Shown here piece by piece: positions 58,187 to 64,000 of a stretch of DNA of 64,000 nt; position 1 is the first letter of the stretch, and each line of letters begins with the position of its first letter. The position numbers and the translations under genes are program-made. The DNA is from Candidatus Bathyarchaeota archaeon. GTDB lineage: Archaea; Thermoproteota; CALKCG01; B24; DRYS01. The notes below the pieces were generated by a model. That model was not told where the DNA came from. It did no database searches and saw nothing but the letters and a program-made list of their open reading frames with translations. The stretch is taken from NCBI GenBank assembly GCA_018396535.1, contig JAGTQC010000006.1:1-64000 (forward strand), in the 5' to 3' direction.

Positions 58187-59607
58187 CTCTGCTCACCAGT
58201 CTTAATCTTCCTAACGATAACCTTCCTAGCATATATCCTAGCATCCTTGAATGTTATCCTTAAGGATACCCCTGGTCTAGTCGTAGGTATCACAGCTTCA
58301 ACTGTAGGTGCTGAAACTACCGGTACCTCAGGTTTAGCCTCGGCAATCTTAGCCTCCTCAGCTTTAGCTTCGACTACAGGCACTGGTTTAGTCCAGCGTT
58401 TAACTACTGGATGACCCTTATCCTCTAGCCACTTCTTAAGTTCATCTACATTAGAAACATCCTTCTCCGTAGCTATCTTATCCAGTAGTTCATCTGGTAC
58501 GAAGCCCTTTACCCTCTCCTTAATAGCTGATGGAATCCATACAACCCTCTCCCATCCGCCATCAGCCTGAAGGAATTTAGGAGATCTAAGATACTCTATG
58601 GAAACACCATGGAACCCATCAACTTGTCTACCACCAGCTGTAGCATCTGCTAAAGCTGCGAATGTAAGACCATTCACCGTCGGACCTTTAAAGTCTCTAT
58701 GAACAATACCTATACCATCGACTTCCGGTATATAGAATGCTACACCCTCAAAGCATCCACAGCTAGTATGAGGGTAGCCGAACATAGTGTAGAGCTGTAC
58801 ACGTTCTATAGCTCCTAATGAGCGGGCTTTCGTAGCCTCGTTCACACCTATATACTCACCCCTCACTGGATCTAGTAGCTCACCCTTAGGTATGGGGAAT
58901 ATAGGGCCTTTAGGATCTATACGCGCAGCAGCTCCACAGTCAAACCAGCTCATAGCTCCACAGTTAGAGTATCTTTGAGGAGTTATCACGCATACATGTG
59001 TAGGTGCGAAGCTTTGACATAGGACGCATCCGTAGAATGTATCAACTTCCTCATCCCTCAGCCCCCTAGCCCTAGCATCCCTCTTCTCATATACTCTTAT
59101 AGCTTCCTCCCATATCTCAGCAACTTTATCGGGATCCGTTATGAAGGTAACCTGCATCTTCTCTATTATCGGAAACTCTGATTTAAATAGACGTATAAGT
59201 ACGAGGCCTAGATACTTGAAGCTATTAAGCCCCTTATTGTAGCTAGCTTTACTAAGCCTACACCATATATCATACCTCTGATTTAAATGCATAAACCCCT
59301 GTATATAGTTTAGATACTCATGTATACGTCTCTCGAAGACACCTTCCAGATCCTCTGAAAGCTGACTTCCAGCAACTTCTACATATATACCAAGCCTATA
59401 GCTACCCCCCTCCTTAAGCTGATGTATATCCGGGCCTATAACGGAGATCCTTCCATCCTCGATCTCCTCTAACGATTTAACTCTAAGAAGCTCAAACTTT
59501 TTATCAACCCTAGGTCCTCCAAACTCTACGTACATATCTTCTCTACGAATACGCTCCCCCTCATAGGCTATACCTACATCTACAGGTATATCCTGAAACA
59601 TAGACAT
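58183..59607 (-). CDS. cdhC: ACDS complex beta subunit (acetyl-CoA synthase)
   Basis: YEGERIR, ERRIH, FYGCVLCQSFAPTHVC, HTSCGCFE, SPKFLQADGG. Confidence 0.98.
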   Translation of the reverse strand: MSMFQDIPVDVGIAYEGERIRREDMYVEFGGPRVDKKFELLRVKSLEEIEDGRISVIGPDIHQLKEGGSYRLGIYVEVAGSQLSEDLEGVFERRIHEYLNYIQGFMHLNQRYDIWCRLSKASYNKGLNSFKYLGLVLIRLFKSEFPIIEKMQVTFITDPDKVAEIWEEAIRVYEKRDARARGLRDEEVDTFYGCVLCQSFAPTHVCVITPQRYSNCGAMSWFDCGAAARIDPKGPIFPIPKGELLDPVRGEYIGVNEATKARSLGAIERVQLYTMFGYPHTSCGCFEGVAFYIPEVDGIGIVHRDFKGPTVNGLTFAALADATAGGRQVDGFHGVSIEYLRSPKFLQADGGWERVVWIPSAIKERVKGFVPDELLDKIATEKDVSNVDELKKWLEDKGHPVVKRWTKPVPVVEAKAEEAKIAEAKPEVPVVSAPTVEAVIPTTRPGVSLRITFKDARIYARKVIVRKIKTGEQS

Positions 59608-59610
59608 AGA

Positions 59611-60159
59611 CTACATCACCCCAAAACTATCTGCAACCTTCTTAATAAAGGAATACCATTCACTACCTTTGACATTGGGTAGAGACCAGTATGCATGAGG
59701 ATGATAGTATGGATCTAAACTAATAGTGGAGATCTTCGGAGCAAAGTGCTTAAGGCCTGATAGTACGAGCCATAGAGTTATGTATGGGAATCCTATGAAG
59801 CCGACTAGATCATATCCTCCAACTCCATCAAAGCCAGTCCAGCTAGAATCCCTCAACCTATCACCAAGTTCATACACAGATATAGAGGCTACGGTAGGTA
59901 TACCAACTTCCTCAAGTCTGTAAGCCGTATTTCTAGAAGCTACTATAGTGAATAACTTTGTGGAATGGAGGAGACGAATAAGCTCTACAGTATCGACTCC
60001 TTCAATCCTATCTAGAGCTTTAGATCCTGCGACTAGGAGTCTACGATTAGCCCTCCTCAATATAGCTACCAGGGATTCAGGTCTAGGTATGATAGCGGCT
60101 TTCCTAGGTCCAGGTATCTCGGCTGTAGCCCAAGGCTCGGGGAATCTATACGTAGACAC
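59611..60159 (-). CDS. cdhB: ACDS complex epsilon subunit
   Basis: PW.TAEIPGP.KA, W.GFDG.G.YDLV, LSGLKHFAP, YHPHA.WS; AGGTGA SD before GTG 60159. Confidence 0.93.
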   Translation of the reverse strand: MSTYRFPEPWATAEIPGPRKAAIIPRPESLVAILRRANRRLLVAGSKALDRIEGVDTVELIRLLHSTKLFTIVASRNTAYRLEEVGIPTVASISVYELGDRLRDSSWTGFDGVGGYDLVGFIGFPYITLWLVLSGLKHFAPKISTISLDPYYHPHAYWSLPNVKGSEWYSFIKKVADSFGVM

Positions 60160-60166
60160 CGTAGCG

Positions 60167-62503
60167 TCACCTCTTCCTGACAAGCCTAGGTAGAAGTGTT
60201 GGATCTGGTATAGGCTTCTCACTCCACCCCTTACTCTTGAGAAACTCTAAAACCTCGGATTTCAGGGTTAAGGGTATATCAGCCTCCTTCCTCACATATA
60301 GGTGTAGATCATCTGGTAGACAGCCGAGATACTTCTTACTCAGATCTATATAGTGTGAAAGCTTTATAGCTCTCCCTTTACTCGTATCATTAGGTCTCAT
60401 ACATAGCTTAGCTATCATAACTATAGCCTCTTCCTTACTCTCAGCAGCTACGAATAAATGCTCCGGAGCTGGACCAGAATAGACTCTATCACCAGTCCTC
60501 GCATCGTATACATACCATGAATTCTCATCATCCCTACGACCTAGTAGGAGTCTCCTATACTTAGCCCCATGAGGGCCTACGATAACTGGTACACCTAGAC
60601 GCCAGAATCCTGCAGCTATAGCTGCAGCCTTCTGACTCATAGCGCCCCAGGCTATACCTACAGCTCCAACCCTATTCAATATATAGTCGGCTATTTCCTC
60701 ATAGTTAGCTCTAAGATTCCTCTTAGCGAATATAGCTGCAATCTTTATAGCTGCACCAGCTATATGGCTATTCGATATGCATGAACCTACATTCACTAAT
60801 CCACCTGCATCGAATGTTCCAGTATACTTCTCATATAGAGATCTACCCTCATCATCCTTAGCCATAGCTAACGTCATAGCAGCGCATCCAGAAGCGACCA
60901 CTATATAGTTTCTCTTCAAGAATTCCTCAGCTATCTCCACTATCTCTCGCCCACCATTATAGTAGTTAGAGCATCCTACAAAGGCTATAACACCAGGTAT
61001 TTCACCGAAAACTATAGGTCTACCGACATTCCTTATCTCTACATCCTGTATAGGACCTCTACCAACCCTAATTTTAAACCTCTCATTTCTCCATATCTTT
61101 CTAGCACCTTGAATTATAACGCTATGTACAGGTATTCTCTGAGGGCAAGTCTCCTCGCATTTACCACACCCTATACAAATTTCGTATAGATATGCGAGGG
61201 CATTGAAATCTCCTTTAGAAGCTGCATTAATAGCTTCAGCGATGGGTAGATTATTAGGGCATGCTCTCTCACAGAATCTGCAACCTCTACACTTAGAAGC
61301 TAGAGTTTTCAAATCCTCATCTGATGGCAGGGATCTAATCTTCTGTCTATACGGGAATATCTTCAAAGCAGTCTTAACAGCTAGCTCACCCACTCTATCA
61401 GGATCTAGGAATAGTATACCCGGCATAGACCCGCTTACAAGCTTCTCTACTATAGAATCTATAGGTTCACTAGTAGCATCTGGTAGACCCATACACTTCT
61501 CTATAGAAGTAGCGATAACAGGAGCCTTTACTCTAGCAGCTTCTAGTAGTATATCTGCTCTTATACACTGCTCATCGACTACTACTACATCTGGTAGACC
61601 ACTTCTAACGAATCTAAGCTGCCACGATAAGGGTCCTACTATCTTAGCCATAGGATTATATCTGGATACATCATGTGCTGTACAACATATACCCGCAACC
61701 TCTACGGCTCCATACATCCTATTCCTAACTAGATAGTCTACTATAGATGCAGCCGATGGAACGTTATGACCTACGACGAGTATAACAGGTTTACTCTGAT
61801 CTATAGCAGCTAGACCTATCTCTACAAGAGGGGCTTCAGGATCACCCTTCGGGTATCCTAAAGCTACTATCTGAGCTAGATCTGCTATCTCTAAAGCTAC
61901 ATGATCCAGCATACCAGCATGGAATACTTTAGATTCAAAATCGATCCAGCTATCTTCTTGACCAGTATGCGTAGCAGCTAGTAGAGAGATTATCTGTTCC
62001 TCTACATAGCTTAAAGCATCCTCAAGATCACCTAAGATCCTAGGTTTTATACCGCATACAAGCCTGATTATAGGCGCCTCCACATATATGTTACCGCCTA
62101 GATCTATAGGATGATCCCTACCATACTTTGATACAAGGTATTCGAGTAGGTGTCTAGCGTGAGCTGCATGAGTCGCTGCGCCTATACAAGCTGCTAGTAG
62201 GACTATACGGGATTGCTGTGCAGGCATATCTATACCGCATGCTCCCCTCTTACCTGATGTTAGATCACATTTACCCATCGTGCATAGGCAGCATAGATCG
62301 CAGAATGGCATATAGAATGGCTTATACCTCTCTAATAGTATATGATCCCACCGTCTTAGATCGGTTATCGATGGGAAGGGTGTAGGTCCAAGAGGCTCCT
62401 CCCACTCCTCTAGTATCCTTCCGAAAGATATTTCAAGCCCTTCAGCTTGAAATATATCTGATACCAGCTTCTTAATTCTAAGATTAAAATCCCTTCTAGA
62501 CAT
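60167..62503 (-). CDS. cdhA: ACDS complex alpha subunit (CO dehydrogenase)
   Basis: CDLCCLCTMGKCDL..KRGACG, H..H.RH, GHN, GICCTAHD, DEQC, two 4Fe-4S motifs, GSC.SN.H, SQKA. Confidence 0.98.
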   Translation of the reverse strand: MSRRDFNLRIKKLVSDIFQAEGLEISFGRILEEWEEPLGPTPFPSITDLRRWDHILLERYKPFYMPFCDLCCLCTMGKCDLTSGKRGACGIDMPAQQSRIVLLAACIGAATHAAHARHLLEYLVSKYGRDHPIDLGGNIYVEAPIIRLVCGIKPRILGDLEDALSYVEEQIISLLAATHTGQEDSWIDFESKVFHAGMLDHVALEIADLAQIVALGYPKGDPEAPLVEIGLAAIDQSKPVILVVGHNVPSAASIVDYLVRNRMYGAVEVAGICCTAHDVSRYNPMAKIVGPLSWQLRFVRSGLPDVVVVDEQCIRADILLEAARVKAPVIATSIEKCMGLPDATSEPIDSIVEKLVSGSMPGILFLDPDRVGELAVKTALKIFPYRQKIRSLPSDEDLKTLASKCRGCRFCERACPNNLPIAEAINAASKGDFNALAYLYEICIGCGKCEETCPQRIPVHSVIIQGARKIWRNERFKIRVGRGPIQDVEIRNVGRPIVFGEIPGVIAFVGCSNYYNGGREIVEIAEEFLKRNYIVVASGCAAMTLAMAKDDEGRSLYEKYTGTFDAGGLVNVGSCISNSHIAGAAIKIAAIFAKRNLRANYEEIADYILNRVGAVGIAWGAMSQKAAAIAAGFWRLGVPVIVGPHGAKYRRLLLGRRDDENSWYVYDARTGDRVYSGPAPEHLFVAAESKEEAIVMIAKLCMRPNDTSKGRAIKLSHYIDLSKKYLGCLPDDLHLYVRKEADIPLTLKSEVLEFLKSKGWSEKPIPDPTLLPRLVRKR

Positions 62504-62554
62504 AACTTTTTCATCTAGATGATATTCTATACAGATTGTTATGAGTTAAGAGTT

Positions 62555-62566
62555 CATTACGTAATG
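62555..62566. promoter_or_regulatory. Perfect 12-bp palindrome in the divergent cdhA/cooC promoter region (candidate operator)
   Basis: CATTACGTAATG; a second perfect palindrome TCATCTAGATGA lies at 62511-62522. Confidence 0.3.
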
Positions 62567-62620
62567 TTAATAGTATAGCTTCTACAGAATATCGTATGAG
62601 CATATTCGGAGGATACGAGC

Positions 62621-63394
62621 TTGAAGCGTAAAGGATTCGTCATATCTGTATCAGGTAAGGGTGGCGTAGGTAAAACACTCCTATCAGCCCTACTCCTTAG
62701 AACATATCTAGATGAAACAGATAAGACTATACTCATGGTTGACGGTGATCCAGCTACTAATCTACCTGAAGTATTAGGAGTAGAGATTAAGGGTACTGTA
62801 GCATATATAGCTGCTAAACTCAAAGATGATATACAGATGGGTAGGATAAGCTACGATGCTAGTAAGAGAGAGATGCTGGAGGGATGGATATATGAGATAC
62901 TAGTGGAGAATCCTAGATTCGATCTGCTAGCTATGGGTAGAGGTGAAGGTGAGGGCTGCTACTGTAGCGTTAACTATATGCTTACACTAATACTAACTAA
63001 CCTCATAGCTAACTACGATGTAACGATAATGGATATGGAGGCAGGGTTGGAGCATATAAGTAGGAGAGTTGATAGCGATGTGGATTTGATGCTCATAGTT
63101 ACTGATAGATCACGTATGGGTTTGAAGACGGCTGCTAGGATAAAGGAAGTAGCTGAGGAGGTTCACGTAGATATTAAACGTATGGTACTCATAGGTAACC
63201 TACTAGAGGAGGAGGATGAACATATAATTAGAGATTACGCGAATAGCATAGGCTTAGAGTATGGCGGATACATACCGTACGATGAGAATGTATCCCTATA
63301 TAATATGAAGGGTATACCTATACTTAAGCTACCAAACAATAGCCCCTCTCTCCTAGCTGTTAAATCTATAGCTAGAAGGTTATCCATACTTTAG
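62621..63394 (+). CDS. cooC: CO dehydrogenase maturation factor / Ni-insertion ATPase
   Basis: GKGGVGKT, DGDP.TNL, GEGCYC, DMEAGLEH.SR. Confidence 0.94.
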   Translation: MKRKGFVISVSGKGGVGKTLLSALLLRTYLDETDKTILMVDGDPATNLPEVLGVEIKGTVAYIAAKLKDDIQMGRISYDASKREMLEGWIYEILVENPRFDLLAMGRGEGEGCYCSVNYMLTLILTNLIANYDVTIMDMEAGLEHISRRVDSDVDLMLIVTDRSRMGLKTAARIKEVAEEVHVDIKRMVLIGNLLEEEDEHIIRDYANSIGLEYGGYIPYDENVSLYNMKGIPILKLPNNSPSLLAVKSIARRLSIL

Positions 63395-64000
63395 GGATTT
63401 GATTAATATTGGAAGATCTTTAGCTTTAACAGGTCCTACTATAATGTTAAACCCCAGGGTTTCTAATTCAGGTTTTATACTCGAAGCTAAACCTGGGATG
63501 ATTATAGGTACTCTATCTATATCTACTCTATCTCTATAAGCTTGGAGAGCTTCGGCTATCTGTCTAGCTGTAAACTTACCACCACCTATAGCTGAAGCTA
63601 CAGATAATCCGCCAGTATCGATTACTAGAATCCAGCACCCTATACCTGAAGCTTCGAGTATTCTCCTAACTATATCGAAGGTTAAAGCATAATTGGATGT
63701 GACAACTATAGGTGCTGATCGTGAAATCGATCCGATACTATATATCCCTGGATTCACTATCCTAGGTCTCCTAGGATCGGTATAGATAGATTGTTTAAAG
63801 ATCAGTAGGCCCTCGATGAACACCCTACTCATCGACCTGGGCAAGATAACTATCGACGAGTATCTAAGAAGCGATGCGATCGATGCAGCTAAACCTTCAT
63901 AACTATCGGAAATATCCTTTAGATCGACTAGTATAGGATAACTAAATCTTTTATCACCTTCTAAAGCCCTCTTCCTTATACCTAAAGTATACCTTATAAG
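63380..64000 (-). CDS. Second, divergent CdhE (gamma subunit)-like protein, 5' end outside window
   Basis: Frame open to 64000; SYPIL, LRYSSIV, IYTDP.RP.IV.PG.Y, TSNYALT, DTGGLSV.SA..GGKF, IIPGLA, VGP. Confidence 0.85.
   Translation of the reverse strand, partial: LIRYTLGIRKRALEGDKRFSYPILVDLKDISDSYEGLAASIASLLRYSSIVILPRSMSRVFIEGLLIFKQSIYTDPRRPRIVNPGIYSIGSISRSAPIVVTSNYALTFDIVRRILEASGIGCWILVIDTGGLSVASAIGGGKFTARQIAEALQAYRDRVDIDRVPIIIPGLASSIKPELETLGFNIIVGPVKAKDLPILIKSLKYG

Noticed and set aside
444-62823. Numerous 60-180 aa ORFs antisense to, or nested in, well-supported genes (e.g. 61203-61736, 22708-23070, 9555-9938)
   Set aside because: Shadow ORFs of the coding strand, Ser/Ile/Leu-rich and without family motifs.
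1-64000. CRISPR arrays, rRNA genes and tRNA introns
   Set aside because: No regularly spaced direct repeats or rRNA-like segments were seen, and all four tRNAs fold as uninterrupted 75-77 nt cloverleaves.

Overview
This is a gene-dense archaeal chromosome segment. Rpo12, aTrm56, aMBF1, NAC, archaeal tRNAs and the H4MPT-type Wood-Ljungdahl genes point to a TACK-type anaerobe, plausibly Bathyarchaeia; the taxon is an inference. The left half holds catabolic and housekeeping genes: nitrilases, an enolase-superfamily enzyme, TIM-barrel isomerases, a sulfatase with its anSME maturase, adenine deaminase, and an ECF S-component with a type II pantothenate kinase. It also holds four intron-less tRNAs (Arg-UCG, Gly-CCC, Phe-GAA, Arg-CCG), several flanked by decayed mobile DNA (tyrosine-integrase relic, HEPN/MNT relic, serine recombinase). 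The right half holds a stand-alone nurA-herA pair, RNA-modification genes, mch, fwdDBAC, AOR with a ferredoxin, cdhABCDE, cooC and a second divergent cdhE-like gene. The standout observation is in the AmmeMemoRadiSam radical-SAM gene (amrS, 41272-42336). It is interrupted by a 21-nt, stop-containing insert that folds into a bulge-helix-bulge-type splicing motif. Cutting at the canonical positions restores the frame and the conserved PIEKKP motif exactly. This is a candidate tRNA-type intron in an archaeal protein-coding gene other than cbf5.
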